NCBI GenBank assembly: GCA_044370175.1 | Contig: JBILVZ010000003.1 | Span: forward strand, 1 to 61,810 | Origin: Methylococcaceae bacterium | GTDB taxonomy: Bacteria > Patescibacteriota > Microgenomatia > UBA1400 > PJMF01 | Reading direction: 5' to 3' | Length of the DNA stretch: 61,810 bases | In this document: one piece after another, positions 8,254 through 18,000 of the stretch | Numbering within the stretch: position 1 is the stretch's first letter | Layout of the letters: each line of letters begins with the position of its first letter | Made by a program: the position numbers and the translations under genes | The notes under the pieces: generated by a model | What the model was told of the DNA's origin: nothing | Database searches by the model: none | The model's input: the letters and a program-made list of their open reading frames with translations, nothing else

Positions 8254-11200
8254 TTAACCGGGGACACCTCCAATTTCTTGCATTGCAGCAACCAACTCGT
8301 GCTGTAGTACAAGACCTGATTCTCTGATGATATGATCAAATTCTTCTTGTGTAAATCTAAACGCGTCTGCTTCTCTAGGAATAAGCTGCGTTGCATTTCT
8401 AATGTTATATTTAAATGCAGCCCACCTATCAATGTGCCCTGTAAGGATATATCGCAATGCTACATAATCTTCAAGTCTTATTTCTGTTTTGTTTGTTCTA
8501 CGTAAACTTTCTATCATTGCAATAGAAATAATAATTTTTCTAAACTCAACCCTATATACGTTATTTTTTTTCTCTGACTTTGCTATCTCTAAAGCAATCT
8601 TGTGCATAGTCTCTGGAGGGAGGTTAAACATTAACACACATGGCGAACAAATACCCGTTTTTACATTTGGATCCAAAGGACTAACAATTTCTCTCCAAAT
8701 ATTTGGATCATAAACACTATTCTGACTATCAACATCGCGCTTTGTGGCAACCATACGATCCAACCAATAACCTAGTTTTTGATCTGAGTAATCAATTAAT
8801 TTCTTGATCATATCAGTATTTGGCTGCAACTCTATAGCAGCAGCAAATAATGATTTTGGCGTTTCAAACGAAGCAATCTTAAAAATATCTGCACCCAAGA
8901 CAGTAGCAATACCACCACTTAATACTGGATAAATTTCCTTAGCGAATTCAAAAATTTCTACATAGTCCTTTAATTTGCCTCGTTCTCGAGACCCAACATC
9001 CATCCAGTTAGCGTGTTTTCTGTGCGTTCTATCAGACACCATTTTAGCTATCGACATGTTATTAAGACCTAGGAAAGTAAAATATTTGGGCAAAAGTTGC
9101 CTAACTGTTGCAAAACCCTCCACATATACACCGGCACGAGGATAAGTTTTATAATTATTTCTATATTTTGCTGTCAACATTAAACGCGTAGAGACTATTT
9201 CTGATTTAGTTAAGATGTTGTCATCAGACAATGGGCCTAAATTTGCTATATATGCATCGAATCCAATGAGCTCAGCCGCTTTACCTGCTTCAAGTGCTTG
9301 TTGACGCTCCACTTCTGTTAAATCTCTAACGACATTATTTTTTCTTGGTGAATATCCATTATGATGATTAGAGCTAGGGTGATTGTCACTGACATACTCC
9401 CCAACTAACTTACCAGCATTTAAACCATTAATATTAGGTTCATATTCACCTATCCCTAAACAGTAACAACCAATTCTAATAGCTACCTCAGCACGCATGT
9501 GTTCAAAATTTTTATTTTCCAATCCGAACTCACTGATTGGAAACATACCAAACTTCTTTTGCTTATTTTTTTCAACATCATTTAATATGCCTTCTTCTAC
9601 AATTGCATCTATCAGTATTTTTTTAAACTGATCGTAATTTTGTTTTGCTGCGTAGCGATACATAATTACAAGTTCAATTGGAACGATATTTTGCACCCAA
9701 TCAGACGTACCTAAATCTATTGATGTTTCAACATAGTTTCTTGGAATTATTGCCAATCGTCTTATCGAATTTTGGAATCGAACTTGATCTTGCTGAGTAA
9801 CAAGATTTTTCATGTCGCTTTCTGGCGGAATTTTTATCTTTTTTGCTCCTATATCAGCTAAAACTTTAGTTCGTATATTTGCAATTTCTGAATCAGTAGC
9901 AAATACATATTTTGAATTCCATCTTTCATAAAAACTGAGTGCTTCGAAAGATAATTCACCCAATCCGGGCTCCTCATCTTGGTGCTCTCTGTCAAACTTA
10001 TTTCTAAATCCTAAAGCCGGCAACTCAGACATGGCATGCCAGTGTTCACCTTCAAAAACATTTGCTTTAAAGAACTCTTCTACTTTTTCAAATGGACCTT
10101 GAGCTTTAATAACATCAGCCCAATTAGTTGCACCACTCAAGACTCTTGCCAATAAATCAACTTGTTCTTTAAATAAACGTGCACTGCCTGGAGGATTATC
10201 AGGATGTGATTCTATCAGCTCACTGTAAGTCACTGTTCTTTCTCCATATGGAATTGGCCAATTTCTGATTTTTGCCTCACCTGCTTTTCCATGATCAAGT
10301 GGATTATTCCATAAATAATTTAAAGCATTACCCAAAAGTGTATTAAAAATATGGATTTCTAGCTTCCTAACATCTTCAGGGGCTCTACCATCACTTTCTG
10401 GGCCCCACAGTTTTCTACTTTGACCAAAAGTTGTCCACATTCGCCGTGGATCAAAGGCAATCTCTCCCGTAAGGAATGAAACTCTCGTTTCAAGTTTGCT
10501 TATAAATACTTTAATGGATTCAGATGTGCTACGAATTTTTGACTTTTGGTCATTAGTTAGATAATCAATAGCAAAAGTTTGTCTGCTATTAAACTCTTGC
10601 TGCAACACACCAGGATACATAGAAGCATATTCTGTAGGAAGTGCATCACTCATCGCAATAAGTCTCTCGTTAAACGATCGTGATTCTGCCAACAAACTAT
10701 TAACTTGGTCAAACGACAAGTTTTCACCTATGTTGAGTAAGAAATCTTCTAATTGATCTATCGAGCCTGTGTTAACTGCATTCAACCATTCTGTTTGCCT
10801 GCGTGTATCAAGCAATCCGTCGATTATTGGAAAAATTGTCTGTAAGAAAGTTTTAAATTCTGGATTTAACTTGGCTTCTTTCCATAGGGTATATCGTTTG
10901 GAATCTATGTCTCGAACAAGCGACCACATATCCTGAATAAAGTTACGTGCAGGAACCAGATATATTCTTCGCTGATCTCTTCTTTCGCTTGGAGGCAAGT
11001 TCTGACTTACTTCATCAAAGTCATTAGCAGCTTGATTTACAGTAACTAAAGGCGGTTCTCCTGTATCTTTACTCTCAATACGAGGGTCAAATACCGCATA
11101 AGGATCATTCTGTAGTTGCACTTGTGCTTCAGCAACAACTAATTTATAGTCATCTAAAATTTTTATTAGCCGTTCCCTTTCAATTAGAAAGTTTCTATCT

Positions 11201-12033
11201 CTTCCAGCTTCCATGCCGTCTCGACCTTGCTTAACAACTCTCTTATTTAGAATATTTTGAATTCTCTCAGTTCTATTTTTTAGAGCGTTTAGAGCAGTTT
11301 GCAGTTGCGCTATCTCAGCAGGAGCTGCTAATTGAAGTATGAGTAGGTCACCATCTAAAATAATTGGGTTTGCTTGATTTAGTATTTCTTGAATTTCAAT
11401 CACTTCTTCCTGAGTTAAATGTACTAAGGTAGAGTCACTCAAGTGAGCAGAAATGATAACATTACCTCTACTTACTAAGTTTGAAATTACCGCAATCATA
11501 TTTTTAAGAGAATTATTTTCAGGAGGTATAACTCTTTCTTGAGTTGAGATTACGGTATTAATAGGCTGGGGCGAGGAAGTCTGTCCCAATTGATCTGCTT
11601 TTTGATCGTGCAGCGTTGCAATCCGATTTGTTGCGTCTTGAATTCTATTTAAAACTTCTGCCGAAAGTTGGTAATTTCTTTGATTTGAGATTGCTTTAAT
11701 ACGGCTGTTTAATTGAGCTAAAGTTTGTTCAGCATAATCAAGATCATTATTGTTCAATGCTATTTCTACTCTTTTTAAGAGTAATTCTGTCATTCCTTCT
11801 TGGATACGTGGTGCTAAGGCAATAGTACGTTCTACGAGAGGAGATGGAATTGTAAAGTTACCAATATTTCTTCGGATTTTATTGTAATAATCATATGATT
11901 CCAAAAAATTTGTCTCAGCAACCTCAAACTGCCCTGCACGGACAGCAGTCTCAGCCGCATTAATAAGTGAGGTTAGGTAATCAATATACGTTTGTTTGTT
12001 TTCGACAGAAAAACCTTGTTGTTCGATCTGCAT
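8254..12033 (-). CDS. Large AT-rich hypothetical protein (1259 aa), predicted mostly helical
   Basis: Long uninterrupted ORF; extended -10 TGATATAAT 7 nt before ATG; no family recognised. Confidence 0.75.
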   Translation of the reverse strand: MQIEQQGFSVENKQTYIDYLTSLINAAETAVRAGQFEVAETNFLESYDYYNKIRRNIGNFTIPSPLVERTIALAPRIQEGMTELLLKRVEIALNNNDLDYAEQTLAQLNSRIKAISNQRNYQLSAEVLNRIQDATNRIATLHDQKADQLGQTSSPQPINTVISTQERVIPPENNSLKNMIAVISNLVSRGNVIISAHLSDSTLVHLTQEEVIEIQEILNQANPIILDGDLLILQLAAPAEIAQLQTALNALKNRTERIQNILNKRVVKQGRDGMEAGRDRNFLIERERLIKILDDYKLVVAEAQVQLQNDPYAVFDPRIESKDTGEPPLVTVNQAANDFDEVSQNLPPSERRDQRRIYLVPARNFIQDMWSLVRDIDSKRYTLWKEAKLNPEFKTFLQTIFPIIDGLLDTRRQTEWLNAVNTGSIDQLEDFLLNIGENLSFDQVNSLLAESRSFNERLIAMSDALPTEYASMYPGVLQQEFNSRQTFAIDYLTNDQKSKIRSTSESIKVFISKLETRVSFLTGEIAFDPRRMWTTFGQSRKLWGPESDGRAPEDVRKLEIHIFNTLLGNALNYLWNNPLDHGKAGEAKIRNWPIPYGERTVTYSELIESHPDNPPGSARLFKEQVDLLARVLSGATNWADVIKAQGPFEKVEEFFKANVFEGEHWHAMSELPALGFRNKFDREHQDEEPGLGELSFEALSFYERWNSKYVFATDSEIANIRTKVLADIGAKKIKIPPESDMKNLVTQQDQVRFQNSIRRLAIIPRNYVETSIDLGTSDWVQNIVPIELVIMYRYAAKQNYDQFKKILIDAIVEEGILNDVEKNKQKKFGMFPISEFGLENKNFEHMRAEVAIRIGCYCLGIGEYEPNINGLNAGKLVGEYVSDNHPSSNHHNGYSPRKNNVVRDLTEVERQQALEAGKAAELIGFDAYIANLGPLSDDNILTKSEIVSTRLMLTAKYRNNYKTYPRAGVYVEGFATVRQLLPKYFTFLGLNNMSIAKMVSDRTHRKHANWMDVGSRERGKLKDYVEIFEFAKEIYPVLSGGIATVLGADIFKIASFETPKSLFAAAIELQPNTDMIKKLIDYSDQKLGYWLDRMVATKRDVDSQNSVYDPNIWREIVSPLDPNVKTGICSPCVLMFNLPPETMHKIALEIAKSEKKNNVYRVEFRKIIISIAMIESLRRTNKTEIRLEDYVALRYILTGHIDRWAAFKYNIRNATQLIPREADAFRFTQEEFDHIIRESGLVLQHELVAAMQEIGGVPG

Positions 12034-12132
12034 GCTACAAATTATATCATTTTTCTACTCTAAAAACGAGTAATTACATCATATGAGAGAATGATCTATT
12101 CATTTATAATTTTATGGCTATAATAAAAAGAC

Positions 12133-13419
12133 ATGGCTAGTGAGAATATACAAATTGATCAATATTTACAAGTAATAGATACTACTGAAAGTGGCTTGTA
12201 TCAAGAAAAGAGCCCTATTGAAGAAAAACAACAAATACAGTTGTCTGATGATAAGCTAGCTCAGCAGCAATTTTTAGGTAAAATTGAAGTATATGCTAAA
12301 CTTCCACCAGCAATAATTCAATATGTTATAGAAAAGAAAATAGAAGAAATTTCAAAACCTTCAGACATGTTAAATCCTGCTTTAGACTTATCTACGGCAG
12401 ATGCTGCTGCTTTATTATATGCAGTTGACTATACAACCCAATTAGATCCAATTGCTGCCACAGTATTTCAAAATTCAGTAATAGAACAACTTAGAAAGCG
12501 AGTCCTGATTGATGAATCTTCTTCTAAATTATATTTCTTAAAACGTGAAGAAACTATTACAACAGAAGGATTGGTACAAGATATTAAAAGAGTAAGTTCT
12601 TTACTTGAAAATAATGAAGTTGTAGCAAATTCATTTTTATTTGCTGTAGCAGATGCAGCCGTGTTGCGGTCTGAAGAAATTAGAGAACTTACTACTATTG
12701 ATTTAGAACTAGAAGCTGCACTGCAGTCGTTAGCTGAAAATATAAGTAGCAGACAAAAAAAGTTTATTGAATTTGCAGAAGCAACTCTCAATGCAACTCA
12801 ACTTAGTACAGACGGACAACTTACAGATGAAACTATGAATGTTCTACCAAAAGAGATTACAAATAGCTTAAGCGATGCCCAAGAAAAAAATGTAGAACAA
12901 TCTATAGAGATCACATCAGAACAAGCTATATCTGCACAATCAGAATCTGAGAAAAATCCTGATAGAATCTGGCCATTAGTATTGATTACTATTGGATCCG
13001 ACATCTTATTAGGGACCAGAAATATCACAGAAATAACCAATGTACTTATTCAAAACAAAGTAATTGTTCCCCTACTGCAAAAATTTGGCGTAAACCTTTC
13101 AGAGACTTTAGAGGGTTGGAAAGTCAATCAATTTGAAGCATTTAATCAAATATTAAAGTTGATGGACCAAAAACACTGCAATGAATATTTTAAAAAGTCC
13201 GTGGAAAAAAACTTTTTGTTTGAAGTATTACAACAATGCGCCCCACAGCATATAAATAAAATTTTTGATCCAGATGGGACACAGCGATTTGGAGCTATAA
13301 CACTGATGGAACGGGATCATTTGGAGCTTGACCAAAAACTTGTAGATGAAATGTATCATAGTCTTTCAGAATCAGAACGCAAAACTTTAGGTATCCAAGA
13401 GAAAAAAACTGTATCCTAA
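12133..13419 (+). CDS. AT-rich acidic hypothetical protein (428 aa)
   Basis: Long ORF divergent from the previous gene; TATAAT 8 nt upstream of ATG; no family recognised. Confidence 0.75.
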   Translation: MASENIQIDQYLQVIDTTESGLYQEKSPIEEKQQIQLSDDKLAQQQFLGKIEVYAKLPPAIIQYVIEKKIEEISKPSDMLNPALDLSTADAAALLYAVDYTTQLDPIAATVFQNSVIEQLRKRVLIDESSSKLYFLKREETITTEGLVQDIKRVSSLLENNEVVANSFLFAVADAAVLRSEEIRELTTIDLELEAALQSLAENISSRQKKFIEFAEATLNATQLSTDGQLTDETMNVLPKEITNSLSDAQEKNVEQSIEITSEQAISAQSESEKNPDRIWPLVLITIGSDILLGTRNITEITNVLIQNKVIVPLLQKFGVNLSETLEGWKVNQFEAFNQILKLMDQKHCNEYFKKSVEKNFLFEVLQQCAPQHINKIFDPDGTQRFGAITLMERDHLELDQKLVDEMYHSLSESERKTLGIQEKKTVS

Positions 13420-13438
13420 GTTTCATTGAAATCAACAA

Positions 13439-13828
13439 ATGATGAACCGTAATTGTACTTGGACACCAGCAGTAGTTTCCCACGGCGACAAATCTGGAAG
13501 AAAGATAGGTTTTCCCACCATAAACCTTGATCCAGCCGTCGTACCGCAAGATACACCACAAGGCGTCTATGCATCTCGACTTAAAATTGTAGACAGAGAA
13601 TATCTTGGAGCCCTCTACTTTGGCCCCCGGCTGGTAAAAGGGGAAACGCACAACGTCCTTGAAATCTTCATTTTAGATTTTAGTGCAGAAATTTATGGGC
13701 AAACTGTCCAGTTTAGTTTGGGCAAATTCATCAGACCTGTGTTACACTTCAACTCTCTAGAAGAACTCCAACAACAACTACAAAAAGATATTGCAGCTGT
13801 TAGAGTAGCTCTTTCAGCAGAAAACTGA
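13439..13828 (+). CDS. Stand-alone riboflavin kinase (C-terminal domain of RibF)
   Basis: HGDKSGRKIGFPTINL, GVYAS, GALYFGPR, LEIFILDFSAEIYG, FIRP...F.SLEELQQQLQKDI; no N-terminal FAD synthetase domain. Confidence 0.9.
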   Translation: MMNRNCTWTPAVVSHGDKSGRKIGFPTINLDPAVVPQDTPQGVYASRLKIVDREYLGALYFGPRLVKGETHNVLEIFILDFSAEIYGQTVQFSLGKFIRPVLHFNSLEELQQQLQKDIAAVRVALSAEN

Positions 13829-13848
13829 CACATACAATTCAAGGATAT

Positions 13849-14892
13849 ATGGCAAAAAAATCGACACGAGCAAATACTTCTCCAAGAATCGGCACGCCAC
13901 TCCATCTCGCACAACAAGCAGAGACAAAACAATCAGCGTTTTTACAGGCGCTCAAAAAAACACAAAACCAAGATACATCCACTACACCCAAACAAAACGC
14001 TTTACTTGGCCCAGTCTTTGTGGCTGTTGGGGCTATTCTGTGGGCTCTGGATGGTGTTGTGCGCCGGTCACTTTTTGCACTCCCACCGCTCATTATCGTT
14101 TTCTATGAGCACTTAATTGGTAGTATTCTCCTCCTCCCCGTCCTTTGGAAGAGATTCGGGACTGAAAAATTTTCAAAAAAAAGCTTACTTATAGCTTCGG
14201 CAATCGCACTTTTTAGTGGCTTGCTGGGCACCTTGTGGTTTACCACTGCCCTAACCAAAGTCAACTTTATTTCCTTTAGTGTGGTCTTTTTGCTCCAAAA
14301 GCTCCAACCTATCTTTGCAACCACCGCAGCGGTAGTACTTTTGAAGGAAAAAATTAATCGCCAGTACATCTACTGGGCAGGCCTCGCGATGGTTGCTGCC
14401 TTTTTTGTGACGTTTAAAAATGGCTTCGTTTCCTTCCAGACAGGAGATGGCACGCTTGCGGCAGCACTCTATGCGCTCGGAGCAGCCGTGGCCTGGGGCA
14501 GTTCTACCGCTCTTTCGAAATTACTACTCAAAGACCACTCAACTGAAATGGCCACTGGGTTGCGATTCTTGCTGACGACTATTTTTTCGTTTATAGCAAT
14601 TCTTTTATTCTCAGATATCAACGCTATTTTTAGCATCACAACTTCGCAGGTACTGCGCTTTGGGGTGATCGCCCTCTCGACGGGTATGGTGGCGGTCTAT
14701 CTGTACTACAAAGGTTTACAAATGACACAAGCTAAAATTACCACAATTATTGAGCTCATTTTTCCAATGCTAGCGGTGGCACTTGACGCAGTCGTCTACA
14801 AATCGTTCTTAGCTCCCACCCAAGTGGCTGCTGCACTAGTCTTGTTGTTTGCTATCTATAAAGCAGCGCAGCTGAATACCAAGGCAGCTTAG
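13849..14892 (+). CDS. EamA/DMT family transporter
   Basis: Ten predicted TM helices in two repeats (GAILWALDG...LLQKLQPIFATTAAVVLLKEKI; AAVAWGSSTALSK...YYKGLQ...IELIFPMLAVALD). Confidence 0.9.
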   Translation: MAKKSTRANTSPRIGTPLHLAQQAETKQSAFLQALKKTQNQDTSTTPKQNALLGPVFVAVGAILWALDGVVRRSLFALPPLIIVFYEHLIGSILLLPVLWKRFGTEKFSKKSLLIASAIALFSGLLGTLWFTTALTKVNFISFSVVFLLQKLQPIFATTAAVVLLKEKINRQYIYWAGLAMVAAFFVTFKNGFVSFQTGDGTLAAALYALGAAVAWGSSTALSKLLLKDHSTEMATGLRFLLTTIFSFIAILLFSDINAIFSITTSQVLRFGVIALSTGMVAVYLYYKGLQMTQAKITTIIELIFPMLAVALDAVVYKSFLAPTQVAAALVLLFAIYKAAQLNTKAA

Positions 14893-15003
14893 TATTTTGG
14901 GAAACCAAGTGGGTTCAGATTGATACGGTGAAGTCGCAACTTTCACGGCTCCTGCCGCACTTCCCTACCCAAAAATTGTGGAGAACCAGGTATAATTACT
15001 CCC

Positions 15004-18000
15004 ATGGCAGATGACTTGAACCTCAAACAAAAACCAGAAGTCGTATATCAAGCAGGTGCTACAACCAATGTAGACACACATCCCGTTAAAGTTTCACAAA
15101 TCAAAAACTTAGGGTTTTATAGTAAGCGTGAACTTGAATACCTTGAGTCAGTTTTTGAAAACCTGCGCGGTTTATATGAAAAAACGCAGGCAAATAGAAT
15201 CTTGCAGCTCTATCGCAATCAAAAACTAAATATCCGCTTTCAGCTCAAAAGCGAAAGTTTGTCTGTACGAGACGAGACCTTAATAGCGTACGATGGACTA
15301 CCAAGCGACAATGATGTTAGAGGTCAACAAAAAACGTTGCTCTTTTTTGTTGACTTTGTGAGTTTTTTGATAGGCATTGCGAGCACTCTTCAAGAAAACT
15401 TTCCTACTACATACTTAAGTGAGTACTCCAATACCCATGATCCCACTAAGAAACTCTTAGAATGGGGACCGACTGGATCTGATGAGTATGTATCTCAAGA
15501 GCAGCTACAGTACCAAGTAGAAGAAATTGAATCATTGATTGAAGCTATTGAACTAGCTTTTGTAGCCTGGGAAAATTCTAGCCCTGAGGTGATAACTGCT
15601 CAAGAGGAATCGGTTAAAAAAGCAGAAGCATCTGAACTGCATTCTGCCGTGGTACCAAAACTAGATGATGATCACGACGAAGATGTAATGGATAGTGATC
15701 CTACAGAAGGTGCTGGGGATGATACTACTGATACAGATACTGCATCCAATCGTGATGTAACTGCAAAAATTGCACAACAAAAACAGTTTTTGTATGGGTT
15801 TGCTAAAGTAAATCTTATAGATCAGTTTTTTAGAAGTGCTGGATTAGATGCTACTAACCTCCCTCCAGAATTTCAAGCCCATTATTTTGAGCTTCTTGAG
15901 ATTCTAAGAACTGAGATTAACTCCCTACAGTTAACTGATGAAGAAATAGAATCACTTATCTCTGGTGGTGCAGGTGAAACTGTTCTGCGTGCTCGTTTAT
16001 ATAATAGACTTCTTGCTAGACTCTTTGGCAGAGGTGAAAATGGCTTTTTTGTTGTCTATCAAGAATTAATGCGTGAGCAAGTTGACTACTTACTTGCTCA
16101 GAATCAATCCGCCACAGCAGATGCGCTAACAACTGAGCTAACAACATACCTCAGTAATTTTGTTGAGAATGAAGAACTCCAAGAGATACAGCAACAAGTT
16201 CATTCGTGGATACAAAAATTACAACAGCAAACACAGCAAGTAAGGATACCTGAAGACTCTGAACCAACTCTATCTGAGAATGATGTTCCTACCCCACCCA
16301 TACAACCCTCATTTGAACAACTTACAAGAATCACCACCAATCAAGGTGTTACACTTACTGTTGCTGAACAAAAAATACTTCCCAAACAAGCTGGTCACGT
16401 TATTTGGGGAGCCATGGCTCAGGTGTTCCCAGAAGAAGCATTAAGAAACAACACAATCCCCCCACAGCTGTTTGGACAAATAAATGAAGTTGCTATTGAG
16501 TATTTAGCCTCTCTTTCGCCTACTGAGCTACAAAAAATCACAAAGTCTCCCAGTAGTCTCATTCGTCACATAAAAAATCTTTCCATACGAATACAAACAA
16601 ATGCAGAACTCACCTCGAGTTTAGATGCATTTTTGCAAACTACTGGTAAACCCAACTTTGATAGACTTGAGCGAATTGAGGTTGAAACTACCTGGGCAAT
16701 TGAGAACGCAAAATACGAATTATTCTCTGCAAGCACAATTGGTATCGGTGTTATTACTCAAACTCCTAAACTTGAAAAAGAATTTTTAGAAGCAGAACAA
16801 AAACTTGAGGCTAAAGTTTATGCATACGTTTTAACATTATCAAATGATGAGTTGTTACAGTTGTACCTAAACCAAAATAGAAGAGAACAACTGTTTGAAC
16901 AAATTATTAGAGCTCTAAATAGTGATCCAGCTTTCAGAAAGGAGCTTGGTGAGTTCTACCAAGAATTGATTAAATATTATAAAGAAAATGGGCTAACGAC
17001 TGAACAAGCTCTATTTGAAAAAAACCTCAAACACAGTGTTCAATTTGAGGTTTTATATGACGAAGGCTCGGTTCGATTCATTCTTGATGATATTAAAAAG
17101 ACCGATCCCGAGGGCGTTTTTGCCAAACAACTTGCATTTGAATTAAAAGATGATTCTCCTATTACACTCAAAAGAACCTCTGATATTTTGGATGCCATGA
17201 TTATCACCCATGGACAGGCAGGTACTGAAGACATGGTCTCTAAACTGGATACAAAACTCTTGGGGATGATGTTTGCGCTCCCCTCTGATCAGATTACTGA
17301 TACAAATCACCTAACAATCCGTGAAATTTTAATCGAGTACACACGTGTTCGTGCGCTTAACATTAATCCTGGAGAAGGAGCTATCCAAACTGGATTTTTA
17401 CCCATCCCAGAGATACCAAAAACAGCTCTAGAACTTGAGGTGCATAGGGTTGCAATCAGCAACATGGCACATAGCGTAGAACATAATGGAAGTGAAGAAA
17501 CTGCTGCTGTTACTGGAGGAAAAATAAGGCATCGCATTGAAGCTGCAAAACTTGTCGCTGGTCACGCTTGGGGACCGCTAGAAACAGAGCAACGTGCAGC
17601 TCTATATATTTTCTTTGACATACCAATTCCTCCAGCAATTAGAGAGCGGATTGTAAGTAAAAGTACTGACCCTGTTGCTGACAAGAATTCACTTGCAGTA
17701 CCACTAGAGTTTGTAGGATTTACTGGTGATGTTGATAAAATTACAGAAGCAGCTTGGAGGGGAAAATTCAGAGTTTTAGATTTTGGAGAGACTCAACAAA
17801 GACCAACCATCCAAAAATCTGAGGTTTATCAGGATATCGTTAACTTAAAACGGTTAGAAAATGAATTAATTTTAGCGCAATACACTGTTCTTCCTGAAGA
17901 TCAACAAATTGCAGTTGCACTACAATTACAACAAACTCCAGAAGATTTACAGCTTGTTCTAGCACAGTCCGTTGGTTCCATGGATGACAGAGTCGTACTA

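Noticed and set aside
13380-13440. FMN riboswitch upstream of riboflavin kinase
   Set aside because: Only 19 bp intergenic and no RFN consensus.
14893-14990. Possible structured RNA (TTTTGGG/CCCAAAA closing stem) between EamA and the giant M23 gene
   Set aside because: Inner helices are short and imperfect; no tRNA or riboswitch motifs.
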